Positions 10,879 through 22,515 of a stretch of DNA of 64,000 nucleotides are shown here, one piece after another. The translations under genes were made by a program, and so were the position numbers. Position 1 is the first letter of the stretch, and every line of letters begins with the position of its first letter. The notes below the pieces were generated by a model. That model saw only the letters and a program-made list of their open reading frames with translations, was not told the origin of the DNA and searched no databases. The stretch is from Microcoleus sp. (GTDB taxonomy: Bacteria; Cyanobacteriota; Cyanobacteriia; Cyanobacteriales; Microcoleaceae). The stretch is taken from positions 1,728,001 to 1,792,000 of the forward strand of contig CP181291.1 in the NCBI GenBank assembly GCA_052279835.1, read 5' to 3'.

Positions 10879-11847
10879 ATGAACGCCAAAAAAATTTTCA
10901 TAACGGGTGCAAGTGGCTGTATTGGTCACTACATGACCGAAACTTTAATTCAAGACACAAACCACGAACTCTATCTATTAGTTCGCAACCCCGACAAGTT
11001 AAAATTTGACTGTAACGCCCGCCCCGGCATCAACATATTGCAAGGCGATATGCGAGATATCGAGCAATATGCCGAACTTCTCCAAACAATAGATGTGGCG
11101 ATTTTGGCTGCAACTGCTTGGGGGGGGACTCAAGAAGTTTTTGATGTTAATGTCAACAAAACCCTCGGCCTAATTCAGTTACTTTCGTCACAAACTTGTC
11201 AACAAGTAATTTACTTTTCAACTGCCAGCATTCTCGGCAATGATAATAATTTGCTCAAGGAAGCAGGGGAATTAGGTACGGATTATGTTCGCTCGAAATA
11301 TGAGTGTATGACTCAATTGTCAGAGTTACAAAATGTGCCTCCGATTACAGCACTTTACCCCACATTAGTCTTGGGCGGAGATGCCAATAAACCTGTTTCT
11401 CACCTTTCTTCAGGTATTCCAGAAGTAGCAAAATGGATTGGTTTGATTCGTTGGTTGAAGGCAGATGCCAGTTTTCACTTCATCCACGGCGCTGATATTG
11501 CCACAGTAGTTAATTATTTAGTCGAACATCCGGCAGTTTCTGAGGAACCGCGACATTTTGTGCTAGGAAATTCTCCGCTTACAGCTAATCAAGCAGTAGA
11601 ACAAGCTTGTGCTTATTTGAATAAAAAGATATTTTTTCGGATTACTCTGTCACCAGGGCTGGCGAATTTCTTTATTTGGCTGTTCCGAATTCAATTAGCT
11701 GCTTGGGATAGATTTTGTATTAGCTATCGCCATTTTACTTATCACAATTTTGTCAATCCCGAAACTATTGGATTGCCGAGTTATTGCGGTACGATTGCCG
11801 ATATGTTAAGGACTAGCGGGATTCCGGGGAAAGATATGAAGAGTTAA
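10879..11847 (+). CDS. NAD-dependent epimerase/dehydratase family protein
   Basis: TGASGCIG and YVRSK motifs. Confidence 0.85.
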   Translation: MNAKKIFITGASGCIGHYMTETLIQDTNHELYLLVRNPDKLKFDCNARPGINILQGDMRDIEQYAELLQTIDVAILAATAWGGTQEVFDVNVNKTLGLIQLLSSQTCQQVIYFSTASILGNDNNLLKEAGELGTDYVRSKYECMTQLSELQNVPPITALYPTLVLGGDANKPVSHLSSGIPEVAKWIGLIRWLKADASFHFIHGADIATVVNYLVEHPAVSEEPRHFVLGNSPLTANQAVEQACAYLNKKIFFRITLSPGLANFFIWLFRIQLAAWDRFCISYRHFTYHNFVNPETIGLPSYCGTIADMLRTSGIPGKDMKS

Positions 11848-12037
11848 ACTCGAAAATCAAAATGGTTTGTAGTTTGGTTGGAGGACTAAAGCCCTGACTA
11901 CGAGCCTGGGATAAGAAATGTGCGATCGAGGTGCAAGATCTCGATTTTACCATTAACATGATGTCTTGAGGGCAGATCGCACTCTCAACTCTCCAGCCCC
12001 ACCACAAATCTGATACTAATGTGAGGTTTAACATACG

Positions 12038-13627
12038 ATGCGAGTTTTACTGGTTTATCCCCTGTTTCCAAAAACATTTTGGTCCTACGAGAAAATCTTA
12101 GAATTAGTCGATCGCAAAGTCCTACTACCACCGCTGGGTTTGGTAACAGTAGCAGCTATCCTACCACAAGAATGGGAATTTAAGTTAGTCGATCGCAACA
12201 TCAGACAAATCACAGAAGCAGAATGGGAGTGGGCCCAACTCGTCATCCTCTCAGCCATGATTGTCCAAAAAGAAGACTTGCTAGACATCATTCGCGAAGC
12301 CAAACGGCGCGGTAAATCAGTGGCTTGCGGCGGCCCCTACCCCACCTCCGTACCCGAAGAACCTCAAGCAGCCGGCATAGATTATCTGATTCTCGACGAA
12401 GGCGAAATCACCCTACCAATGTTCGTAGCAGCGGTAAACAGAGGCGAAACAAGTGGAATTTATCGATCGGACGGCATCAAACCCGATGTTACCACAACCC
12501 CAGTTCCCCGCTTCGACTTACTGGAATTAGACGCCTACGACTCCATGTCAATTCAATTTTCCAGAGGCTGTCCATTCCAGTGCGAATTCTGCGACATCAT
12601 CATCCTCTACGGGCGGAAACCACGCACCAAAAACCCCCAACAACTAATCGCAGAATTAGACTGCCTTTACAACCTAGGCTGGCGGCGCGGCGTGTTCATG
12701 GTAGACGACAACTTTATCGGCAACAAACGCAACGTCAAACTATTGCTAACCGACTTAAAAATCTGGCAAGAAGAACACAAATTCCCCTTTACTTTCAACA
12801 CAGAAGCATCCATCGATTTAGCCCAAGACCAAGAATTGATGGAGATGATGGTAGCTTGCAATTTCAATGCAGTATTTCTAGGGATTGAAACTCCCGATGA
12901 AGAAAGCCTGCAAATGACCAAAAAATTCCAAAATACCCGAAATTCCCTGATAGAATCCGTAGAGTTGATTGCAAAAACAGGTTTGCGAGTCATGGCCGGA
13001 TTCATCATCGGATTTGACGGCGAAAAACCCGGTGCCGGTCAGCGGATTGTAGACTTTGCCGAAGCAGCCGCCATTCCCAGTACAACATTTGGAATGCTGC
13101 AAGCTTTGCCCCACACTGCATTGTCCCACAGACTCGCCAAAGAAGGGCGACTGCGCGACAAATCTGGTAATCTCAACCAGACTACTTTGATGAACTTTAT
13201 CCCCACGCGGCCTTTAGAAGATATTGCGAGGGAGTATGTCCAAGCATTTTCTGATGTATACGATGCCCAGAAATATTTAGACCGAACTTACCGGCATTTC
13301 TTAATGTTAGGCGCACCCACAGCCAAGATACCTGCTCGAATTCCGAGTTGGATCGATTTACGGGCGCTGCTAACAGTCGTTTGGCGACAAGGAGTTAAGC
13401 GTAGCACTCGCTGGAAATTCTGGCATCATTTGTTCAGCATTCTCAAGCGCAATCCTGCGGTTTGGGATCATTACTTGACGGTGTGTGCTCACAACGAGCA
13501 TTTTCTGGAATACCGTCAGATTGTGCGGGATGAAATAGAAGCTCAATTAGCTGAATTTTTGGCTAATGAATCTCAGACAGTATATCAAGAACCTGTAGCT
13601 GGGGAAAAAGAAGTGCAAGTAGTTTAG
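12038..13627 (+). CDS. B12-binding radical SAM protein (DUF4070-type C-terminus)
   Basis: RGCPFQCEFCD CxxxCxxC motif; N-terminal PPLGL and GGPYPT cobalamin-binding domain. Confidence 0.9.
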   Translation: MRVLLVYPLFPKTFWSYEKILELVDRKVLLPPLGLVTVAAILPQEWEFKLVDRNIRQITEAEWEWAQLVILSAMIVQKEDLLDIIREAKRRGKSVACGGPYPTSVPEEPQAAGIDYLILDEGEITLPMFVAAVNRGETSGIYRSDGIKPDVTTTPVPRFDLLELDAYDSMSIQFSRGCPFQCEFCDIIILYGRKPRTKNPQQLIAELDCLYNLGWRRGVFMVDDNFIGNKRNVKLLLTDLKIWQEEHKFPFTFNTEASIDLAQDQELMEMMVACNFNAVFLGIETPDEESLQMTKKFQNTRNSLIESVELIAKTGLRVMAGFIIGFDGEKPGAGQRIVDFAEAAAIPSTTFGMLQALPHTALSHRLAKEGRLRDKSGNLNQTTLMNFIPTRPLEDIAREYVQAFSDVYDAQKYLDRTYRHFLMLGAPTAKIPARIPSWIDLRALLTVVWRQGVKRSTRWKFWHHLFSILKRNPAVWDHYLTVCAHNEHFLEYRQIVRDEIEAQLAEFLANESQTVYQEPVAGEKEVQVV

Positions 13628-13890
13628 AGTGGGAAGATTTGAAGATTCTCTAATATCAAATCCATTTCGATGGGAATGATGAGCGTTCTTGGGTAATTGA
13701 TAACTGCTAATTGCCCCGATCGCTTTTTTGATAGCTCAAACACTTGCTGTTATTGATTATTGCTTCTTGCTTCTTGCTGCTACATCCAGTGGGAGCCGGT
13801 TTATTTAGATGGTTTGTCATCGTTATTTATGCTTGGTGAAACCCGCTCCTGCCCGAATGTTAAGCTTGCCGTAGTTAGGAAATATTTATC

Positions 13891-14961
13891 ATGCAAAATA
13901 ATACCCTACAATCTCCATCTCAGAACACGGAAAAAACTCACATCCGCCAGTTGGGAATTAATCTCAATCACTGGTATACTGTGGCTCGCACTACAGAAGT
14001 CACAACTCAGCCACTAGCTGCGATGGTCTGGCATCAGGCCATCGTCCTATTTCGCGATAGTTCAGGCAAAATCAACGCTTTAGAAGACAGATGTCCGCAC
14101 CGACAAGTTAAACTTAGTCACGGTAAAATCCAAGGTGACTTAATAGAATGTGCCTACCACGGATGGCGCTTAAATACCAGAGGAGAATGTGCAGAAGTAG
14201 ATTATTTAGCAGAAAATCAAAAGCTACCTAACTGCAAAATTCGCTCCTTTCCAGTCAAGGAAGAATCTGGTTTTATCTGGATATTTCCCGGCGATGAGAC
14301 CAAAGCCGAAGAAATTAATTTATTGAGCTTGCCAGAGTGGGAACATCTCAATTATATTGCCACAGTTGCAGTAATTGACTGTCAGGCACACCATTCATTT
14401 TTGATTGAAAATTTGATGGATATGTATCACGGACATTTGCACGAAGACTGGCAAGCTTGGGCCAATCCTGTGCTAGATTCTTTAGAAGAAGATGAACACC
14501 AAGTAACGGCTCTTTACCAGGCCGAAAGTTATTACAAAATAGATAAAATTTGGTCAATCTCTCAGTTATTATTTAAATCTTTGCGACAACTGCACCCGGA
14601 ACCTTTAGAGGTGAGTTATGTTTACCCCCACTGGGTTTCCACTTTGGGCAATGACTTTAAGATTTATTGCTTGGTTTGTCCGGTGAGCGAGACGGCAACC
14701 CGTGCTTATTTAATTCACTTTACCTCATTAAATGCCTTTTGGCGACTGCACAAATTGCCTGTGTGGTTCCGCAGGTTTATTAAAGATATTTGTTTCGGTG
14801 CGGCTCAAAAGTTATTGGATGGTTTGGTGCGGCAGGATGTGTTGATGATTGAGGAAGAACAACAGGCTTTTTTACAAAACTCAGAAAGAAAAAATCATGA
14901 ATTAAATCGGGCTTTAGTCAGCGTGCAACGGTTGATGAGAAGTCAGGCGGAAAATTTGTAA
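13891..14961 (+). CDS. Rieske non-heme iron oxygenase alpha subunit
   Basis: CPH...CAYHGW Rieske motif; ENLMDMYHGHLH iron site. Confidence 0.9.
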   Translation: MQNNTLQSPSQNTEKTHIRQLGINLNHWYTVARTTEVTTQPLAAMVWHQAIVLFRDSSGKINALEDRCPHRQVKLSHGKIQGDLIECAYHGWRLNTRGECAEVDYLAENQKLPNCKIRSFPVKEESGFIWIFPGDETKAEEINLLSLPEWEHLNYIATVAVIDCQAHHSFLIENLMDMYHGHLHEDWQAWANPVLDSLEEDEHQVTALYQAESYYKIDKIWSISQLLFKSLRQLHPEPLEVSYVYPHWVSTLGNDFKIYCLVCPVSETATRAYLIHFTSLNAFWRLHKLPVWFRRFIKDICFGAAQKLLDGLVRQDVLMIEEEQQAFLQNSERKNHELNRALVSVQRLMRSQAENL

Positions 14962-15055
14962 TTCTGCTGATTGACAGATGATAAAAATAGCTTTTTGAGC
15001 GAAGTCAAACTTTGCCTACCCTCCCCGTCCTTTCTGCGTATTTTAGTGGCCTAAT

Positions 15056-15925
15056 ATGACTGTTAATCACAAAACAATTACAATTAGAAATAAATCTTTC
15101 GAGTGGGGAAAACGCACTTATTTAATGGGCGTTTTGAATGTTACCCCTGATAGTTTTAGTGATGGTGGCGATTTCAATACCATAGAATCGGCTCTAATGC
15201 AAGCTGAAAATATGGTAAAAAACGGGGTTGATATTATTGATATTGGTGGTCAATCTACCAGACCCGGTGCAGCCGAAATATCCTTACAAGCAGAACTGGA
15301 TCGAGTCCTTCCAATTGTCCAAATCCTGAGAGAAAAAGCCACTATTTTTGCAGATATACCTATTTCTGTGGATACTACCAGATCCCTGGTTGCTAAGGCG
15401 GCTGTGGCTGCGGGAGCTGATATAATTAACGATATTTCAGGAGCTACCTTTGACTCAGCAATGCTGTCAACCGTTGCCAACTTAAAAGTACCAATAATTT
15501 TGATGCACCTTCGGGGAACGCCCCAAACCATGCAAACACTAACCGATTATCACGATTTAATTGGCGAAATTAGCGAATTTTTAGAAGCTAGAATTGCGGC
15601 AGCCGTTGCAGCAGGTATTCACACATCTCAAATAATTATCGACCCCGGTATTGGCTTTGCTAAAACTCACAGTCAGAATTTAGAAATTCTGCGTGATTTG
15701 CGGAAATTTCGTTATTTAGACTGTCCGATTTTAGTCGGAGTCTCGCGAAAAAGCTTCATCGGCAAGATTTTGAATCAGCCCGAAGCGAAACAAAGAGTTT
15801 GGGGGACAGCGGCGGCTTGTACAGGTGCGATCGCGAATTCGGCGGATATTTTACGAGTTCACGATGTCAGAGAAATGCACGATGTCTGTCAGGTAGCCGA
15901 CGCCATCTTCAGAAATCAGTCTTGA
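15056..15925 (+). CDS. folP: Dihydropteroate synthase
   Basis: NVTPDSFSDGG, STRPG, DPGIGF, SRKSF, RVHDV. Confidence 0.97.
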   Translation: MTVNHKTITIRNKSFEWGKRTYLMGVLNVTPDSFSDGGDFNTIESALMQAENMVKNGVDIIDIGGQSTRPGAAEISLQAELDRVLPIVQILREKATIFADIPISVDTTRSLVAKAAVAAGADIINDISGATFDSAMLSTVANLKVPIILMHLRGTPQTMQTLTDYHDLIGEISEFLEARIAAAVAAGIHTSQIIIDPGIGFAKTHSQNLEILRDLRKFRYLDCPILVGVSRKSFIGKILNQPEAKQRVWGTAAACTGAIANSADILRVHDVREMHDVCQVADAIFRNQS

Positions 15926-16755
15926 CTAGCGTGAGTATCGATAACTTTCATGTCCTCATGGTGAGAGTGCGGTTCAATATCAGACATAGAACCCATCAAC
16001 TCGTTAAGAGCTTCTGTCATGTTTTTTGGGTCCATAAACAGAATTTTGGCGTTATCGCTTTCGCCCAATTTTTGTTGAGCATCTAAGTATTTTTCTGTTA
16101 CTAAGTAATTCAAAACTTGCTTACTATTGGGATGGGAATCGAGAGCCTCCACTAAGAGTTTCATGTACTCCTTAGTACCAGTAGCTTTATTGACCATTGC
16201 TTGCCACTCGCTCTTGGTTGCCTGCTCCAATTCCATAGCTTCTTGCACCCTTTTTGGAGGTGTAATGCTTTGAATTTCGACCCGGATGACTTTGACACCC
16301 CAAGTTTCAGTAGCTTCGTCCAATTTCTTGAGTAACTGCTTATTCATGTCATCTCTGGAACCGAAAATCTCTTTCATCGGCAACCGACCAATTTCACCAC
16401 GAAACGTAGTTAAAACTAAGTTGGCGATCGCATTTTCAATTTGATCGATGCCGTAATAAGCTTTCTGCAAATTTACAACTCGCCAATACACCACGGCATC
16501 GACGTCGAGAACCACATTATCTACCGTGATGGCTGACTGAGGTTTAATATCTAAAACTCTTTCGCGGGTTGTGTCCACGCAGACTACTTTCTCTACCACG
16601 GGACTGATAAAGTGGAATCCGGGCTTGAGAGTGCGCTTGTATTGGCCCAAACGTTCGACTAAAGCTTCGTCGCCGCCGCTGACTATTTTCACAGAGGAGT
16701 TAACAGCGTAGCCGAGGATGAGCGCAACGAGCATGGCTAGAATAGACTGCCCCAT
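15916..16755 (-). CDS. SPFH/stomatin (band 7) membrane protein
   Basis: N-terminal TM helix, LVERLG, WGVKVIRVEI. Confidence 0.9.
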   Translation of the reverse strand: MGQSILAMLVALILGYAVNSSVKIVSGGDEALVERLGQYKRTLKPGFHFISPVVEKVVCVDTTRERVLDIKPQSAITVDNVVLDVDAVVYWRVVNLQKAYYGIDQIENAIANLVLTTFRGEIGRLPMKEIFGSRDDMNKQLLKKLDEATETWGVKVIRVEIQSITPPKRVQEAMELEQATKSEWQAMVNKATGTKEYMKLLVEALDSHPNSKQVLNYLVTEKYLDAQQKLGESDNAKILFMDPKNMTEALNELMGSMSDIEPHSHHEDMKVIDTHASQD

Positions 16756-16939
16756 TTCTACTTTCCTGCTAAGTTTACTGAATAATTGATCGGAATTCTA
16801 CTCTAATTTAACGCAAAATATGCCACACAGTGCTAAAATATCTCGACTGTTAATAACTTCTTAATAGTGCGCCCCCATTTGCTCAGACTCTGACAGGGTG
16901 TGAAACCCAGGATATCAAAAACACGTTGCCATACAATAT

Positions 16940-17710
16940 ATGAAAAATGATCGAGAGTTTCGCCCTTTAAAAATGTTGATCTGGATCGCCCCAAGCATTT
17001 TGGCAACGGGAGCAATGGGCGCTTTAGCACTTGTACCAGCGGTACAAGCTGAACCCAGCACGCTCCAAATTTCCCAAAACTTGCAGTCCCAAAACACCCA
17101 GCCACCAGGTCCCCGCGGCCCAGTTCGGGAAGTTCTCTCCTACGAGATGAAGGGAGACGAACTCAGGATTTGCAAACAGGAAGGCAAATCCGAGAAAAAG
17201 TGCGAAGTTGTGGGCAAAGGATACACAGTAGCTTTGAGGATTGCCAACGACCTTTACAATCAAGGGAACCTGGCCAATGCCGAAATTTTGTACCAACAAC
17301 TGATTACGCGCTTTCCCAAACAGGGAGATGCTTACTATAAGTTGGGAACCTTGCTCTCAGCCCAAGGTAAAATGAGCGAGGCGATCGCCCAATTTCGACA
17401 AGCAATTCAACTAAACCCGCAGCACGCCAAAGCTCACAACGATTTGGGCGTAGCCATGGCCAGTCAAGGGCAATTGCCAGAGGCAATTTTGGAGTGGAGA
17501 CAAGCAATTAAAATTAACAGCCAATATCCCGATGCTTTAAACAATTTAGGAGTCGGACTTTACCAACAAGGAGTCAAAGAAGACCAAGCAGAAGCAGTAG
17601 CCAGCCTCAAAAAAGCTCAGGAATTATTCATCAAACAAGGCCGAGTTTCCCAAGCCAAAAAAGTCGAGCAAATTTTGCAGCAAATCAATGCGCAGTCCAG
17701 CGGTTCTTAA
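16940..17710 (+). CDS. Secreted TPR-repeat protein
   Basis: Signal-like hydrophobic segment; AYYKLG/AHNDLG/ALNNLG TPR repeats. Confidence 0.85.
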   Translation: MKNDREFRPLKMLIWIAPSILATGAMGALALVPAVQAEPSTLQISQNLQSQNTQPPGPRGPVREVLSYEMKGDELRICKQEGKSEKKCEVVGKGYTVALRIANDLYNQGNLANAEILYQQLITRFPKQGDAYYKLGTLLSAQGKMSEAIAQFRQAIQLNPQHAKAHNDLGVAMASQGQLPEAILEWRQAIKINSQYPDALNNLGVGLYQQGVKEDQAEAVASLKKAQELFIKQGRVSQAKKVEQILQQINAQSSGS

Positions 17711-17760
17711 TCTGCATTGGTTATGAGTCATGAATTATGCGTTATTGGTGATTAGGACAA

Positions 17761-17874
17761 ACTAATGACTAATGACTAATGACTAATGACTACTGACTAC
17801 TGACTACTGACTAATGACTACTGACTAATGACTACTGACTAATGACTACTGACTAATAACTAATAACTAATGAC
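17761..17874. repeat. Heptamer tandem repeat (ACTAATG/ACTACTG, STRR-type)
   Basis: About 16 tandem 7-mers running into the aroB stop. Confidence 0.9.
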
Positions 17875-18972
17875 TTCGTAAAGCATTTCCTTCAAAACTT
17901 GTAAAATCACATCTCCATCCACGCGATCGCTCACCGCCGCCTCACCCAGGCGCACTGGTAGCACAAACCGCACCTTACCATCCTGCACCTTTTTGTCCAA
18001 TTGTAAAGTCTTCAAAATCTCCTCAACATCCATACCAGCGGGCAATTTCGTAGGCAAACCAGCCTTTTCCAGCAAAGCTAACTGACGTCGATGGCACTCT
18101 CGGTCCCACATTTCCAATTCCACAGCCAACCGACTCGCAGCCACCATACCGATGGCCACACCTTCCCCGTGATTCACCAACTTGTAACCAGTCAAACTTT
18201 CCACCGCATGGCCAATGGTGTGTCCGTAATTCAAAATCGCCCGCAAACCAGACTCCTTTTCATCCTTGCTTACCACATCCGCCTTAGCTTGGCAAGACCT
18301 GCTCAAAATTTCTGCCAGCAAATCCGCCTTCACGTAGCGCATCTGATCCAAACGCTTGCAACTCTCCAACTTCTCGAACAATTCCACATCCCAAATCACC
18401 CCGTACTTAATCACTTCCGCCATGGCCGAGCGAAACTCCCTCGCCGGCAAAGTTTTGAGCACATCCGGGTCAATTAACACCAAACGAGGCTGATGAAAAG
18501 CCCCAATTAAATTCTTCCCTAAAGGATGGTTAACCCCGGTTTTACCACCAATAGAAGCATCAACCATCGCCAGCAAAGAAGTCGGAACTTGGACAACATT
18601 AATTCCCCGCAACCAAGTAGCAGCAGCAAAACCCGTCATATCGCCAACCACTCCGCCACCCAAAGCCACCATCGTCGAAGAACGTTCTAAGCGGTTTTCC
18701 AAAGCAGCGCCGTAAATCTTCTGCACCGAATTTAAAGTTTTGTACTGTTCCCCTGGTGGTAGAATACAGTTACCGACATGAAAACCCACCGATTCCAAGG
18801 AAGCAGCCGTCTTTTCTCCGTAATGCCGAAAAATCGACTGATTCGACACTAGCAGCACTTTTTTGCCCAAATTCAGCCCACCGAGCATAGTGCCGAGTTC
18901 GTCTAAACCGCCCGATCGCACGCAAATATTGTAAGATTGTGGTCCCAAGTCAACTTTAATTACTGATTTCAT
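17860..18972 (-). CDS. aroB: 3-dehydroquinate synthase
   Basis: [24 protein letters not shown]. Confidence 0.97.
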   Translation of the reverse strand: MKSVIKVDLGPQSYNICVRSGGLDELGTMLGGLNLGKKVLLVSNQSIFRHYGEKTAASLESVGFHVGNCILPPGEQYKTLNSVQKIYGAALENRLERSSTMVALGGGVVGDMTGFAAATWLRGINVVQVPTSLLAMVDASIGGKTGVNHPLGKNLIGAFHQPRLVLIDPDVLKTLPAREFRSAMAEVIKYGVIWDVELFEKLESCKRLDQMRYVKADLLAEILSRSCQAKADVVSKDEKESGLRAILNYGHTIGHAVESLTGYKLVNHGEGVAIGMVAASRLAVELEMWDRECHRRQLALLEKAGLPTKLPAGMDVEEILKTLQLDKKVQDGKVRFVLPVRLGEAAVSDRVDGDVILQVLKEMLYEVISY

Positions 18973-19049
18973 ATTTATCTATATTAGATTATAGATTTTA
19001 GATTATAGTTCTTATAGGTCTTTTTATTGATTGTTTTGGAGAAATTGCA

Positions 19050-19151
19050 ATGACTCTTAGCGGAGCAATAACTTATTTTGGGCTTTTCGGCGGAATGCTG
19101 GGCTTGGCGACAGTGTTGATGTTTGGTCTGCGGGCTGTCAAACTCATCTAA
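19050..19151 (+). CDS. petL: Cytochrome b6f subunit VI (33 aa, not in the ORF track)
   Basis: GGAG RBS, then MTLSGAITYFGLFGGMLGLATVLMFGLRAVKLI; single TM helix ending in the typical GLRxxKLI. Confidence 0.85.
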   Translation: MTLSGAITYFGLFGGMLGLATVLMFGLRAVKLI

Positions 19152-19348
19152 TTTACTAATTTAGATGCGAGAACCAGAGGATTTTAACCTCTGGTAAAAG
19201 TAACATTTTGCAGAAGTATTTACGCCAAAAATCCGTAGTTTGATCTGTAGATTTAGGGCGTAAATACTGATCTTGAATTTAATCAAGGAGCGATCGCACT
19301 TGCGATAAAACACGATCGCTCTTCATCAATTACAGAATTAGTTCTAAT

Positions 19349-19564
19349 TCAGCCGATTGAACTTCGGGCAATTTCAAAGGCCCCTGTCGTATCAAAAACG
19401 ATCGCGTGTTTAGCCTGCGGCAACAAACGCCGTAAAATCTGGATGTATCCGTCAGCATCACCGCGGCGGTGGAACCTTGCAACCACCAATCGGTGCATAT
19501 TTGGCAATTGCCGCACGATACACCAGGGATGAGTGTTTAATTTGGGCTTTGATGTTGGTATCAT
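19349..19564 (-). CDS. Small conserved cyanobacterial hypothetical protein
   Basis: HPWCIVRQLPNM...ARF.RR.DADG pattern recognised from cyanobacterial small proteins. Confidence 0.65.
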   Translation of the reverse strand: MIPTSKPKLNTHPWCIVRQLPNMHRLVVARFHRRGDADGYIQILRRLLPQAKHAIVFDTTGAFEIARSSIG

Positions 19565-19699
19565 AGGGTAATCCTTCCCCGCCGAAAGCGGGATTTGGTA
19601 GAAAAGGCGATCGCCCTTAAGTTTTCGAGGCTCGGAGGGCGATCGTTTTTAGTGTACATAGATATTGTCGGGTATATATGCACCGATGTCAAGCCAAAT

Positions 19700-19912
19700 A
19701 TGGGCTACGTTAGACTGAAGATTCGAGAACTAGCTGAGCAAAGAGGTTGGACGTTCAAAGAAGTTGCCGATCGATCCGGAGTCAACTACAACACGGTAAA
19801 AAGCTACGGGAGGCGGGATGCTTTAAACACAGTAGATCTTTCTGCTGTCTACAAAATAGCCCGCGCCTTTGACGTAACTATGGAAGATTTGGTTGAGATT
19901 TTGGAAGATTGA
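19700..19912 (+). CDS. XRE-family HTH transcriptional regulator
   Basis: IRELAEQRGWTFKEVADRSGV...KIARAFDVTMEDL. Confidence 0.85.
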   Translation: MGYVRLKIRELAEQRGWTFKEVADRSGVNYNTVKSYGRRDALNTVDLSAVYKIARAFDVTMEDLVEILED

Positions 19913-20071
19913 GGAGGTACAAATAGGCTAATTTCATCCGCCCACCTTTGTTGAGTCCAAGGTCGCATAAACATAGCATTGTTGACAATTTCTTTACCTT
20001 CTTGCGAAAGACTCAAACTGTTCTGTTTCCGATTTTTTAAAAGGCTCAAAATTCCTAGATTAATGTCGTAC

Positions 20072-20296
20072 TTATCGTCGCCATTTCTTCACCTGTTGGT
20101 AGGGAAAGCAGTTAATAACATCCTATAGCATATAACTACCTTTGGAATCAGATTCCATCAGTTCCAAGTAGACAGTTTTGGGAACTTCAAAGTATCGATA
20201 TGTCTTGCTGCTATTCAAAACAACTTCGAGGGTAGAGGTTGTTTCGTCATAACCCACAGCTTGGATCATGCTAGATTCGACTGGTTCTAGTTTCAT
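20072..20296 (-). pseudogene. KTSC-domain gene with an internal amber stop
   Basis: VESSMIQAVGYD..LEV..TYRY..VP...SKGSY; TAG at 20123-20125 is followed in frame by DVINCFPYQQVKKWRR*. Confidence 0.65.
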
Positions 20297-20357
20297 GGTA
20301 ATAATGCAATCCATTTTCTCCTAAAATAATTTCTACTTCCCTCAATCTCAAATCGCA

Positions 20358-20948
20358 ATGTCTCATTCCACCGATATCCTCACCCTCGGCCGCTGGATGG
20401 CCTCCGATTTCAGCAACCAAGCCCAAGCATTTGAAAATCCGCCCTTCTTCGCCCACATCCGCGTCTGCATGAGACCCCTACCCGCGGAACTTTTGGGCGG
20501 TCTCAGTCTCTATCTAGAACAAGCCTATGACATCGAACTCAACACGCCGTACCGAGTCCGAGTGTTAAAATTAGTGCCGAAAGGCGATCGCATCGATATC
20601 GAAAATTACGCGATCGAAAACGAAGAGCAATTCTACGGCGCCTCCCGCGATCTCCAACGACTCCAAGAACTCAAAAAAGCAGAATTTAAACTAATGCCGG
20701 GATGCACCTTTATTACGCACTGGACCGGCCACAGCTTCAAAGGGTGCGTTGAACCAGGAAAAGGCTGTATGGTGGTCAGAAAGGGCAAAAACACCTATCT
20801 AGACAGCGAATTCGAGATTGATGGAGACAAATTTATTAGTCACGATCGCGGGCGGGACCCAGAAACCGACGCCCACGTCTGGGGAGCCCTCGCCGGTCCC
20901 TTTGAATTCACCCGTCGAGCTAGCTTCGCCGATGAAATTCAAGTTTAA
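20358..20948 (+). CDS. cpcT: CpcT/CpeT-family phycobiliprotein lyase
   Basis: FSNQAQAFENPPFFAHI, PYRVR, DRGRDP...WG. Confidence 0.9.
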   Translation: MSHSTDILTLGRWMASDFSNQAQAFENPPFFAHIRVCMRPLPAELLGGLSLYLEQAYDIELNTPYRVRVLKLVPKGDRIDIENYAIENEEQFYGASRDLQRLQELKKAEFKLMPGCTFITHWTGHSFKGCVEPGKGCMVVRKGKNTYLDSEFEIDGDKFISHDRGRDPETDAHVWGALAGPFEFTRRASFADEIQV

Positions 20949-20973
20949 TACAAAAAAACAAGGGGCGATTTAG

Positions 20974-22209
<1,236 letters not shown>

Positions 22210-22249
22210 GTTCTGGCAGATAGCTGCGGTGCAATAGTTGTTTTTAAGG

Positions 22250-22386
22250 AACCGCGAAGGCGCGAAGGGCGCGAAGGAAGAGGAAAGAAGGGAAGAGATG
22301 GGTTTACAAGTTATGAATTGATTTGCCTCTATCTTTTACTCTCTTGCTCTGTGTCCTCTGTGTCCTCTGTGTCCTCTGCGGTTAAT
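22250..22386. repeat. Inverted pair of 9-mer repeat tracts (AACCGCGAAGG.../...CTCTGTGTC repeats)
   Basis: Same family as the 3481-3752 element. Confidence 0.6.
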
Positions 22387-22515
22387 TAAAAAATTAGAGA
22401 GCGTAATTACTGGTGATGAAGCTGCTAACAGAACTCTATTTAAATCAAGCGAGTAAATGGCTAAAAACAGGTCGTCACATTCTGGCACAATTTTCGGTTT
22501 CGTCAACAATTTATT

